NCBI RefSeq assembly: GCF_004010195.1
Contig: NC_057719.1
Coordinates: forward strand, 47,293,227 to 47,327,449
Direction of reading: 5' to 3'
Origin: Chiloscyllium plagiosum
Taxonomy: Eukaryota
Length of the DNA: 34,223 nt
A model generated the notes under the pieces. The model was given only the letters and a program-made list of their open reading frames with translations, made no database searches and was not told the origin of the DNA. A program made the position numbers and the translations under genes. Positions 1 through 10,655 of the stretch are shown here, in pieces (the stretch's first letter is position 1; each line of letters opens with the position of its first letter).

Positions 1-120
1 TATCACCCCTGCTGTTCTTAACATTGACCTGGACTCAGGGGTATCTTCCCTGCTCTGCTTTATGATAATCCTGTGGACCACGTTGACTGAGATATTAATA
101 TTGACCTGACCCTAAGGATT

Positions 121-218
121 TCATATCCTGATGAAGAGTTTATGCTTGGAACGTTGACTCTCCTGTTGCTCGGATGCTGCCTGACCGGCTATGCTTTTCC
201 AGCACCACAAACTTCGAC
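121..218 (+). mobile_element. Short Penelope-like (pLTR-derived) repeat with a degenerate hammerhead core
   Basis: CTGATGA(128-134)-AGAGTTTATGCTT-GGAAC, followed by TCTCCTGTTGCTCGGATGCTGCCTGACC. A related copy lies at 10572-10655. Confidence 0.65.
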
Positions 219-245
219 CCTAGGATATCACCACTGCTCTGCTTT

Positions 246-1326
246 AGAGTCATAGAGATGTACAACACGGAAACAGACCCTTCGATCCAACTCGTCCATG
301 CCAACAGATATCCCAATCTAATCCCATCTGCCAGCATCCACCCCATATTCCTCCAAACCCTTCCTATTCATATAGCCATCCAGATGCCTTTTAAACGTTG
401 CAATTGTATTAGCCTCCATGGCTTCTTCTGGTAGCTCATTCCATACAAGTACCACCCTCTGCATGAAGAAGTTTGTATCTTTCCCATCTCACCCTAAACC
501 TAGGCCCTCTAGTTATGGACTCCCCACCCCAGGGAACAGACTTTGTCTGTTTATCCTATCCATGTCCCTCAAATTTATAAACCTCTATAAGGTCATCCCT
601 CAGCCTCCGACGCTCCAGGGAAAACAGCCCCAGCCTATTCAACATCTCCGTACAGCTCAAATCCTCCAATCCTAGCAACATCCTTGTAAATCCTTTCTGA
701 ACCCTTTCAAGTTTCATAACATCTTTCCAATTGGAAGGAGACCAGATTTGCACACAATATTCCAAAAATGGCCTAACCAATGTCCTGAAGACAGCCGCAG
801 CATGACCTTCCAATGCCTGTACTCAATACTCTGACCAATAAAGGAAAGCATACCAAATGCCTTCTTCACTATTCTATCTAACTGCGACTCTACATTCAAG
901 GAGCTATGAACCTGCACTCCAAGGTCCCTTTGTTCAGCAAGACTCCCTTGAACCTTGCCATTAAGTCCCTAAGATTTGTTTTCCCAAAATGCAGCGCCTC
1001 GCATTTATCTAAATTAAGCTCCAACTGCCACATCTCAGCCCATTGACGCATCTGATCAAGATCCCACTGTAATCTGCGGTAACCTTCTTCGCTGTCCACT
1101 ACACCTCCAATTTTGGTATCATCTGCAAATTTACTAACTATAGCTCTTATGCTCACATCCAAATCATTTATATAAATGACAAAAAGTAGAGGACCCAGCA
1201 CTGATCTTTGTGGCACTCCACTAGTCACAGGTCTCCAATCTGAAAAACAACCTTCCACCATCACCCTCTGTCTTCTACCTTTGAGCTAGTTCTGTATCCA
1301 ATGTTTAGGTCTCCCTTTATTCCATG
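246..1326 (-). mobile_element. CR1/HER1-type LINE, 5'-truncated, decayed RT
   Basis: ORF fragments [22 protein letters not shown]...SKFADDTK and LEYCVQIWSP...LERVQKGFTRML; CR1-type 3' tail. Confidence 0.93.
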
Positions 1327-1328
1327 AG

Positions 1329-1780
1329 CAATGGTTAGATTTTGTCTTGTTGGAAATGGTCATTACCTGGCATTTGTGTTGCATAAATATCACTTGCCCT
1401 TTTTCAGCCCAAGCAGATCTTGTTGCATTCAGTATCTGAGAAATTGCTAATGGTATTGAACATTGTGCAGTCATCAGTGAATGTCCTGATTTCTGATCTT
1501 ATGATGGAGGGAATGTCATTTATCAAGCAGCTGAAGATGATGGGACCAAGGACACAACCCTTGAGAAATGCCTGTGGAGATATCCTGGAGCTAATATGAC
1601 TGATCTTCAACTGCCACAACAATCTTCCTATGTTTCAGATATGATTCCAACCAGTGGAGAGTTTTCTTCCTGATTCCCATTGTCTCCAATTTTGCTAAAG
1701 TTTCTTGATGTCACACTCAGTCAAATGTGATCTTGTTATCAAGGACAATCACACATACTTTACACCGGAATTCAGCTCCT
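1329..1780 (-). mobile_element. Fragment of a second LINE family (family B, clade unresolved), RT region
   Basis: GCVLGPIIFSCLINDIPSIIRSEIRTFTDD; homologous to 13490-14947 and 20600-21910. Confidence 0.85.
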
Positions 1781-1782
1781 GT

Positions 1783-1870
1783 GGTCACTGGAAACAACTC
1801 CCCTGAACTTCTTTGAAATAATCCTTTAGGATATTTTGCTTCCACCTAGGTGGCAGAAGCGGCCTCAGAA
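1783..1870 (-). mobile_element. Ancient Deu-domain SINE fragment (AmnSINE1/SacSINE1-like)
   Basis: aactcccctgaacttctttgaaataatc...tccacctaggtggcagaagcggcctc resembles the remembered Deu-domain consensus. Confidence 0.5.
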
Positions 1871-2831
1871 ATTCCCTGAAATATGGTACACTTTGCTGGC
1901 AGTATAACTAACATTTTCTGCCTGATTCTGCTTTCTTCAGTTTCTCATACATGTACTGCAATGTCCCCATATCTGCTTCCAGATTTCCTAAGTGTGTTCT
2001 ACTCGTGGGTTAGAATGATGGGTGAGTGGGAGTGGAAACATCTAAAGTTCAAAAATCTAAACACTTACATCAATCTGTTCCTCTCCGAAATCTCTGATTT
2101 GTAAAAAAAATGTCAATCTACAAAAGAACACTAGTCTGGCATACTGGTAATGTCACTAAAGTAGGAATCCAAAGGCCCAGGTTAATCCTGTGGAGACATG
2201 GGTTCAGAGTCCAACCACAGCAGATGGTGACATTTGAATTCAATTACTGACTCTGGCGTTAGTTGAAGAGTTGATTTGCATGAATGGACGAATCACTTTA
2301 GGGAAAGAAATCTGCCATCCTCACTTGGCTTAAATGTGATTCCAGACCCACACAAATAAAATTAACTCTTAAATATCTTCTGAAATGGTCTAGCAATCAA
2401 ATTCACTGTACCAAATTGTTATGAAGACTAAGAAAAGGAATGAAACTTGACAGATCACCTAGCATCGATGTTTGAACGAGGAACAAGAATAGGTCATGGA
2501 CCCCCTCGAGCCTGCTTTGCCATTCAGTAAAGTCATAGCTGACCTGACTTTAACCTCAAATCTACATTCCTGCATCTCCTTGATAATCTTTCATCTTCTT
2601 GCTAATCAAGAATCTATTTACCTCTGCCTTAAAAATATTTAAAGATTCTGCATCCACTGCGTCTTAAAAGAAATTTCTTCTTAATTTTTAAAATATGACT
2701 CCTTGGTTTAAATTCTTCCCCAAAAGGAAGCATCCTTTTGACATCCACTCAATCAAATCCCCTCAGGATCTAATATGTTGCAATTAAATCACCCCTGACT
2801 CCCCTAAATTCCAGAAAATACAGGCTTAACC

Positions 2832-3057
2832 TGAAATAAGAGGCTGGTATGCTGTCAACACGTCACCCTATATTTATATTTGGAAAGTCCTTGACACTGA
2901 TCCAGCTTCCTCATAGATCTCAGAGTGATCAGAACCTCTGACACTTATTTTCTAGCTTGTCAGCCAGGGTTCCCTGATTGGGCCAGATTAACAGTCCCAA
3001 TTAGGGAACTTGTCAGCCAAGTCCACCTGGCTGACTGACCTCATTACAATCACTACA
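2832..3057 (-). repeat. Gypsy 3' LTR
   Basis: TG...CA ends (tgaaataag...cactaca). Shares blocks such as tgtcagccagg, ccctgattgg, attaacag and gtccacctggct with 6682-6919. Confidence 0.85.
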
Positions 3058-3410
3058 TTAGTGGGTTTTGAGAAGATTTGTAGCTCGGGTTGAGGTTCTA
3101 GATGTAGGTTTGCTCACTTAGCTAGAAGGTTCATTTTCAGACGTTTTGTCACCATACTAGGTAACATCATCAGTGAGTCTCCAGATGAAGCACTGGTGGC
3201 CTGGCCTGCTTTCTAGCCATGTGTTTATGTTTCCTTGGGCTGGTGATATCATTTCCTGCAGTGACATGATTTCCTGTGGTGATGTCATTTCTTGTTATTT
3301 TTCTCAGGGGTTGGTAAATGGGATCCAAGTCATTGTTCAATTCTATCAACAAGCACATTGACTTCGATCCCATTTACTGCCCCCTGAGAAAAATAACAAG
3401 AAATGGCATC
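3058..3410 (-). mobile_element. Penelope-like element fragment with hammerhead remnant and terminal inversion
   Basis: Minus-strand CTGATGA-TGTTACC-TAGTAT-GGTGAC-AAAAC-GTC at 3173-3140. C-terminal peptide NSINKHIDFDPIY / DLDPIYQPLR. 52-bp inverted repeat 3281-3332 / 3359-3410. Three approximately 18-bp tandem units at 3242-3296. Confidence 0.8.
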
Positions 3411-4452
3411 CGTCCCTCTCAAAGTGCAAGGACATAGGCCAGTTCTTATTTTGCAGCTCCTCCTGGGGCGTTTAGCACCAGGTCACGTTCCTCCAACTTT
3501 GCTTCTGATACGGGTGGCGTGTAACACACAAAAGCTTGTCTCTTGTACCTGGAGCATCCCGGTAGAAATTAATTTTCTTCTGGAAGCAAACGTTCTGCGG
3601 TGAAGACATCCACTAAAGGTTCCAAGGTATCTTTAATGCTTGATAGAAAGGGAGAACACGACAAGTTCCGGAATTGTCGGAAAGGCTGTCGAAGATCCAG
3701 CATGATTTGCTCCTGCACATTTGTGGCTTTCATATGGTCCACCTGCTTGTTCAAGACTATCACACCTACCCAGACTTTATACATCACTGCACCTGACCTA
3801 ACTTTGACCATGCCTCTTATCCATGCAATGCCATTCCCATGGTTTCTACCCCAAACTTCGTCTCTTGAAGTAAACTTAGCTGAACCTTGCTGGCATTGGT
3901 GTTCCTGACGCTGTTTCATCCTCCCCACCCAGGTTTGGGAAGATCAAATGTAACCTGGTGCAGAGTCTTCTCCCCATTAGCAACTCTGCTAGATCTATCC
4001 CTGTAGTTGTATGAGGAGTGGTCCAATAAACAATAGGAACTGGGGCAGTTTGGTATCTAGTTAATCTGTAAGTTGTTTCTTTAAGCCTGCCTTCAAAGTT
4101 TGGACTGCTCTTTCTGCCAGACATTTGGATGATGGATGGTATGGAGCTGTTCCTATATGTCAAATATCATTCAACTTTAGAAACTACTTAATGTCTCTGC
4201 TAGTAAATGATGGCCTGTTATCTGTGGCCAATGCTTCAGGGAGTGCCTGTAATGCAAAAGATGCATGCAATTTTTCTATTGTTATCCCGCGTTTGACAAA
4301 TTAACTCTTTGTATGTCCAGCCATTTTGTGTGGGTGTCTATAATGAGCCTGTGAAAGGACCTGCATAGTCAGTGTGTAATCAAATCCAGTGTTTACCCAG
4401 CCATTCCCAGCAATGTGGAGGAGCTGCTGGCAGTAATTTTGGTCCTTGCTGG

Positions 4453-5035
4453 TGAGGATATGGGTCTCTGGGAAGTAGGACAAAATGGATAAAGGAGCTG
4501 CACATAATGGCTTCTGCATTGCTAAATTAAATTGCAAAGCAGCTAGGGACAAAATGGCTCCCTATACGTGACAATTTACAGTTAAATACCTAAAGCAATA
4601 TAAACCACCAGCATGAAGAGGCAGATGGATCAGATGAGGAAGTACTAACCACATTTGCCAGCTGTGAGATGAGGAAATATTAAACCGCATTTTGCAAGTT
4701 TTGAATCTTTGAAAAGGTGATATAAGCCATTACAACTTAATCAATATCATTGGTTCAAGCTACTGCCCATGATGTGATTATAATTGTTGATTGGTTGTTA
4801 TTATGCAATCATGCTCCATGTCTGATGATAATTAATGTATATAAACCTTAAGCAAACTTTGTAACGTTGTTGGATTCTTTTGATTGCCAAGAAGTTTTCA
4901 TACTTCTGGGCAAATCAGAGTCTGCCAACCCAGTGCTGGAACATACAATAAACGATTGTTTGCATATTGGACAAAGAGTCGTTTACAGGTGTGTTAATTG
5001 ACCGATCATGGAACCAAGTGACTTATAGATCATCA
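4453..5035 (+). mobile_element. Solo LTR (583 bp, ERV/LTR-type) inserted in the Gypsy integrase
   Basis: TG...CA ends with imperfect inverted termini (TGAGGAT / ATCATCA). 4-bp TSD CTGG at 4449-4452 and 5036-5039. ATTGG at 4790-4794, TATATAAA at 4838-4845, AATAAA at 4947-4952. Confidence 0.88.
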
Positions 5036-6681
5036 CTGGTACTCTGGGCACTGCTGCACTACTATGGCTATGTCTGCATCCAGGCCTGCCACCAGACATA
5101 ACTTCTCGCCAACATCTTCCTTTTGGAGACCTCTGAAAGGCCCTGGTGGAGTTCAGCCAGTATCTGGCAGTGACCTTTGCTTAGGATAATCACTCTTGCT
5201 CCCCATAATAATTTGCCGTCCTCTACTGTGATGTGGTCTCTGCGAGTCCAAAAAGGTTTCAATTCCGGTTGTGATGGCCCTTTGGTTTCTCCCATCAGCA
5301 CTAGCTGTTTCAGTTTTGTCAGGACTGGATTTTTCTGCATCTAAAGCCTGATGTTGTCAGCTGTAACTGGATGTGTGTCCAGAAAATTTAAAATCATTAT
5401 GGACATTTCCATTTCCATCTGCCAAAAGGACGCAGCTCAATGCATCCGCATTTGCTACTTGGCCCCCCAGATGGTGTTTCAACTTCTAATTATATGCATT
5501 TCATATGAGATCCTACCTCTGAATTCAACCCGAAGCTATGGGCAGCACTGCCTTGCCCTCATTAAGTAGACCTAGCAGCGGTTTGTGATCCATTTTTATT
5601 ACAAATTTACATCCGTAAAGGCATTGGTGGAACTTCCTGACTCCAAATATGCCAAACCTTCCTTCTCTATCCAAAGTCCTGGATGCGTATGCAATTGAGT
5701 GTTCCTCTCCATTGGGCCACCTTTGAGGTAGTACTGCTTACTGTCGTACGGCAGGCATCACTTGTCAATACAAAATCTCACTTAGGATCAGTGTTCCAAC
5801 ACCTTAAAGGATAATAGCTGTTTCTTCACTTCCTTGAAAGTTATGGTTTGGCTACCCGACCATTTCCAAGGCTGGTTTTTCTTTAAGAGTTGATACAAAG
5901 GTGTCAGGATGGAGGCCAGGTAATGTTTAAACTTTCCTCAATAATTCATCTCTCCAAGGAAAGATCTGAGCTCCAATATGTCCAGTAAGCCTTCAATGCG
6001 AGAAACTGTGTATTTATCCAGTTGCGAAAATTTGTTTAAAATCCCTACAAAGGCGAATTGACCCATCGGGCTTCACCACTTGTACAACCGGTGCTATCCA
6101 TTCTGCAAACTGGACTGATTTGATGATTCCTTCACTTTCTAGCCTCCTGATTTCTGCCTCTACTTTTGCAGTATCATGGATTGCTTCCTGGTAAACATGC
6201 AAGGTGGCCTTGGCTCATTTGATAGTCCCTAGACCTCCCTGAAAAACGTCCAAGTGTTTAATTAGGACCTCACGGAGGCAGCCATTTTTTAATTGAAAAT
6301 GTTGAGCCAATCTAGGTGAATCTTTCTCAAGCAATTTTGCCTCATACAGCTCGAGGTCATAATATTCCTTAACTAAAACTGTCAACTCCTGAAAGATTTT
6401 AGTATCTGATGCCTCAGGGAAAGTTAAGCTCCTAATAACTGAAAAAGATACGGGTCCACAAGTTGTCAGGGGAATTACTCATTACTTTTCATCTGCTCCA
6501 ATGTCATTTGTTCCGAAAAAAATAATGCATTCTTTCAACAAAGTGGGCCCAGTCTTCGACGACAGATTCAAATGAGTCAAGCGTTCCAAATAACAGCATG
6601 ATGCCAGAAATGCTTACTCCAACTCAAAGACAACTGTTGTAAGCAAATGTCTTCAGGAGCGTGTTTTTCTCTTGTTGCCAC

Positions 6682-6919
6682 GGAAATAACCCCATAGAGG
6701 CCAGTATCCTGTCATCAAGTCACTCTTTATTTACACCTGCATTGTACTTGAAAGTGATCCAACTTCCTCAGATTCTGCTTTCAGAGTGAACAGGATGTTT
6801 GACACTCCTGTTCTTGTGTGTCAGCCAGGTCTCCCTGATTGGAACACATTAACAGCCCCAATCAAGGAACTCATATTCTAGGAGGTCCACCTGGCTCACC
6901 CCATTACATTCACCGGACA
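6682..6919 (-). repeat. Gypsy 5' LTR (right boundary approximate)
   Basis: Homologous to 2832-3057 and adjacent to the PBS-like motif. Confidence 0.82.
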
Positions 6920-8287
6920 CCTATCTAGGCTTTCCCTATTAGGCTTTCCACTTATTTCAGGTATTAGTGGAATAAATCTTCTCTGAACTGCTTCCAACAC
7001 ATTAACATGCTTCTGTAAGTATGGTGACCAATACTGTACAGAATATTCCAGATGCCATATCATCAGTGCCCTGTATATCTGAAGCATAACTTCCCTATTC
7101 TTGCATTCAATTTCCCACACAATGAGACATAACATGTTATTAACTTTCCTGATTACTTGCTGCACCTGCATACTAATCTCCTCTGATTATGCACTCTGCA
7201 GATATCTCTGCATCTCAGAGTTGTAAATTTAAATAATATACTTTCTATCCTTGTTGCCAAAATGGATAATTTCACACTTTCCCATACTGTACTCCATTTA
7301 CCATATCTTTGCTCACTCATTTAACCTCTCTATATCCCTTTATAAACTCCTTAAATCCTCTTAACTCACTTTCCTGCCTATCTCTGTGGCATCAGCAAAC
7401 TTAGCTACAAACCTTCAGTTGCCTGAATCATTTATTATAATTGTAAAGAGTTGATGCCCCAGACTAATTCTTGTGGTACACCACTTGTGACATCCTGCCA
7501 GCCTGTACTGATTCTTACCCACTACTTCCTGTTAGATGACCTAGGAACTGAAAAAGACAGCAGCAAACCCAGCCCTGTTGACCTTTCAAAGTCCTCTTTA
7601 CTGACGTCTGGCAGCTTGTGCTATAACTGAGAGAGCTGTCCATATATTGTCAACAGCCCGACGAGTCAGACACATGGCATCATATTGTATGAATGATGTC
7701 ACAGCCCATCCCTTTTTCTCAGAATGTCCTGTCCCACTGAGAGAAAAGACTCATGACAGATGGCAGTACAGTACTGTACAATCAGGCAGAAGTTGGACTC
7801 CAGATCCCTTGAAGCCTAATTACAACAAATCAGACTTGGGTGATGAAACCTCCTGCTATTACCACGCATTGCCCCCTCAGCTAACAAATCTGTACTCCTC
7901 ATATACAATACTAATTGGAAGAAGCATGGAGGGGGACAAGGGTGCAGAATGTAGAATTATTACTGACTGACCTGCCCATGTTCTAAAGGATGTAACACTA
8001 TACTAGGCTTTCAGGAAGTGATGAGGGAATCAATAAGGTGGTAACGCCTACTACCAAATTACCTTTAGCAGATGCACCTGCCCATGACAGTGCTTGTGAA
8101 GATGAAGTCTCTTCTTCACAATGATAATCCCTTCTGTTGCATTGTGTAGCATCACCACCATGTTAAATGGGATAAATTTTGTACAGATCTAGCAACACAA
8201 AACATAAGGTCCTATGACCCAGCAACAGTAGCAGTGTTGGACTCAAACACAATCTGCACTTGAAGGCCTGGCATATTCCCACCCCTA

Positions 8288-8486
8288 GCGGGTTTCCTCT
8301 GGGTGCTCCGGTTTCCTCCCACAGTCCAAAGATGTGCAGGTCAGGTGAATTGGCTATGCTAAATTGCCTGTAGTGTTAGGTAAGGGGTAAATGTAGGGGT
8401 ATGGGTGGGTTGAGCTTCGGCTGGTCGGTGTGGACTTGTTGGGCCAAAGGGCCTGTTTCCACACTAAGTAATCTAATCTAATCTAA
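8288..8486 (+). mobile_element. HE1-type SINE, 5'-truncated, (TAATC)n tail
   Basis: ggtttcctc...gggtgctccggtttcctcccacagtccaaagatgtgcagg core; near-identical to 31717-32010. Confidence 0.92.
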
Positions 8487-8649
8487 TAACCATTAAGCTA
8501 GTGGACCAACACTGGTTCAATGAAAAACACAGGAGGGCAGGTGACGGGTAGACTACCTAAAATCTGTGTATTTGCGTGCATATGCATGTGTTGGGGAAGG
8601 GGTGTGGGTGCGGTTGGAGGGGGTGGCGTTGAGATGTACGTGATAATCA

Positions 8650-8994
8650 ATGGGTCTGCCCTGATGCTTTGACACTTAATGGGGTCCATAACCAATGTTG
8701 AGGACTTCCAGAGCAACTCTGTCCTGTGTACTTCTGTTCTAGGAATAGTGATATGTACGAGTATGACAATGATGGATGTTGCTTGACTACAATGCAAAAC
8801 AGTTTCCCAGTTTAGTTCTCATTCCCAGATTTTAGTAAGGAGTACTTTGTGTGGTTGATAGGACTATGTTTGACATTTTGTTTCCAGTGTCTACGTAGTT
8901 CATATGTTTTGTTCCCATGTGAGACTTGTAGCAGCTTATTAGGCTATTCTCGAGGACAATTAAGAGTCAGTTGCATCACTGTGGGTCTTGAGTC
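8650..8994 (-). mobile_element. Family-B LINE fragment, endonuclease region
   Basis: Reverse-complement similarity to 7570-7700. Confidence 0.55.
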
Positions 8995-10558
8995 AGAGTC
9001 ATAGAGATGTACAGCACGGAAACAGAATGCCGACCAGATATCCCAACCCAATCTAGTCCCACCTGCCAGCATCTGGCCCATATCCCTCTAAACACTTCCT
9101 ATTCATATACCCATTCAGATGCCTTTTAAATGATGCAATTGTACTAGCCTCCACCACATCCTCTGGCAGCTCATTCCAAACACATACCACCCTCTTTTAT
9201 ATCTTTCCCCTCTCATTGTAAACCTATGCCCTCTAGTTATGGAGTCTCCCACCCCAGGGAAAAGACTTTGTCTATTTATCCTATCCATGCCCCACATGAT
9301 TTTATAAACTGACGCTCTAAGGAAAACAGCCCCAGCCTGTTCAACCTCTCCCTATAGCTCAAACCTTTCAATCCTGGCAACGTCCTTGTAAGTCTTTTCT
9401 GAACCCTTTCAAGTTTCACAACATCTTTCCGAGAGGAAGGAGACCAGAATTGCATGCAATATTCCAACAGTGGCCTAACCAATGTCCTGTACAGCCGCTA
9501 CATGACCTCCCAACTCCTGTACTCAANNNNNNNNNNNNNNNNNNNNNNNNNNNNNNNNNNNNNNNNNNNNNNNNNNNNNNNNNNNNNNNNNNNNNNNNNN
9601 NNNNNNNNNNNNNNNNNNNNNNNNNNNNNNNNNNNNNNNNNNNNNNNNNNNNNNNNNNNNNNNNNNNNNNNNNNNNNNNNNNNNNNNNNNNNNNNNNNNN
9701 NNNNNNNNNNNNNNNNNNNNNNNNNNNNNNNNNNNNNNNNNNNNNNNNNNNNNNNNNNNNNNNNNNNNNNNNNNNNNNNNNNNNNNNNNNNNNNNNNNNN
9801 NNNNNNNNNNNNNNNNNNNNNNNNNNNNNNNNNNNNNNNNNNNNNNNNNNNNNNNNNNNNNNNNNNNNNNNNNNNNNNNNNNNNNNNNNNNNNNNNNNNN
9901 NNNNNNNNNNNNNNNNNNNNNNNNNNNNNNNNNNNNNNNNNNNNNNNNNNNNNNNNNNNNNNNNNNNNNNNNNNNNNNNNNNNNNNNNNNNNNNNNNNNN
10001 NNNNNNNNNNNNNNNNNNNNNNNNNNNNNNNNNNNNNNNNNNNNNNNNNNNNNNNNNNNNNNNNNNNNNNNNNNNNNNNNNNNNNNNNNNNNNNNNNNNN
10101 NNNNNNNNNNNNNNNNNNNNNNNNNNNNNNNNNNNNNNNNNNNNNNNNNNNNNNNNNNNNNNNNNNNNNNNNNNNNNNNNNNNNNNNNNNNNNNNNNNNN
10201 NNNNNNNNNNNNNNTACCTCTTATGCTCACATCCAAATCATTTATGTAAATGACAAAAAGTAGAGGACCCAGCACTGATCCTATTGGCACTCTATTGGTC
10301 ACAGGCCTTCAGTCTGAAAAACAATCCTCCACCACCACCCCTTGTCTTCTATCTTTGAGCCAGTTCTGTATCTAAATGGCTAGTTCTCCCTGCATTCCAT
10401 GAGATCTAACCTTGCTAACCAGTCACCAATGAGGAACCTTGTTGAACGCCTTACTGAAGTCCATATAGATCACATCTACCACTCTGCCCTCATCAATCCT
10501 CTTTGTTACTTCTTCAAAAAACTCAATCAAGTTTGTGAGACATGATTTCCCACGCACA
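8995..10558 (-). mobile_element. CR1/HER1-type LINE, 5'-truncated, spanning the assembly gap
   Basis: ORFs 9276..9482 and 10423..10644 (KSCLTNLIEFFEEV...DFSKAF); close relative of 246-1326. Confidence 0.92.
9527..10214. other. Assembly gap (688 N)
   Basis: Run of N. Confidence 1.
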
Positions 10559-10571
10559 TTGGCTCTCCTCC

Positions 10572-10655
10572 AGAGTTTATGCCCGAAACATTGACTCTCC
10601 TGCTCCTCGGATGCTGCCTCATCTACTTTTGCCCAGTGCCACACTTTGACCCCTG
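10572..10655 (+). mobile_element. Short Penelope-like repeat (partial hammerhead: GAAAC present, CTGATGA absent)
   Basis: agagtttatgcccgaaacattgactctcctgctcctcggatgctgcc is homologous to 135-185. Confidence 0.65.

Larger units (their letters stand above)
2832..6919 (-). mobile_element. Decayed Ty3/Gypsy LTR retrotransposon with internal deletions
   Basis: Diverged LTR pair 2832-3057 and about 6682-6919. PBS-like TGGCAACAAGAG at 6680-6669, PPT-like at 3420-3409. gag start MLLFGTLDSFE at about 6600. RT N-terminus (EGIIKSVQFAEWIAPVV...DGSIRLCRDFK), RNase H (DHKPLLGLL), integrase (LAELHQG...LARSYVWW; DYAGPF; AELLMGRRLCTRL). Confidence 0.92.
2475..7535 (-). mobile_element. Older CR1 LINE split by the Gypsy element (2475-2831 and about 6920-7535)
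   Basis: CR1 3' end at the left. ORF 6896..7171 (LEYSVQYWSPYL...LEAVQRRF) and KFADAT at about 7390 continue it on the right. Confidence 0.85.
2137..8560 (+). mobile_element. Family-B LINE 5' portion (tRNA-like head plus endonuclease region), split into 2137-2468 and about 7538-8560 by nested insertions
   Basis: A-box-like TGGCATACTGG at 2137-2147 and B-box-like GGTTCAGAGTCC at 2201-2212. Sequence ...CTAGCATCGA (2468) resumes as GACCTAGGAAC (7538). Decayed endonuclease-like coding follows. Confidence 0.7.

Noticed and set aside
2828..6923. Gypsy target-site duplication
   Set aside because: Only an imperfect AACC/CACC match, and the right LTR end is too decayed to fix the boundary.
9450..10302. 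Three long ORFs of 259-269 aa
   Set aside because: Artefacts of translating through the N gap.
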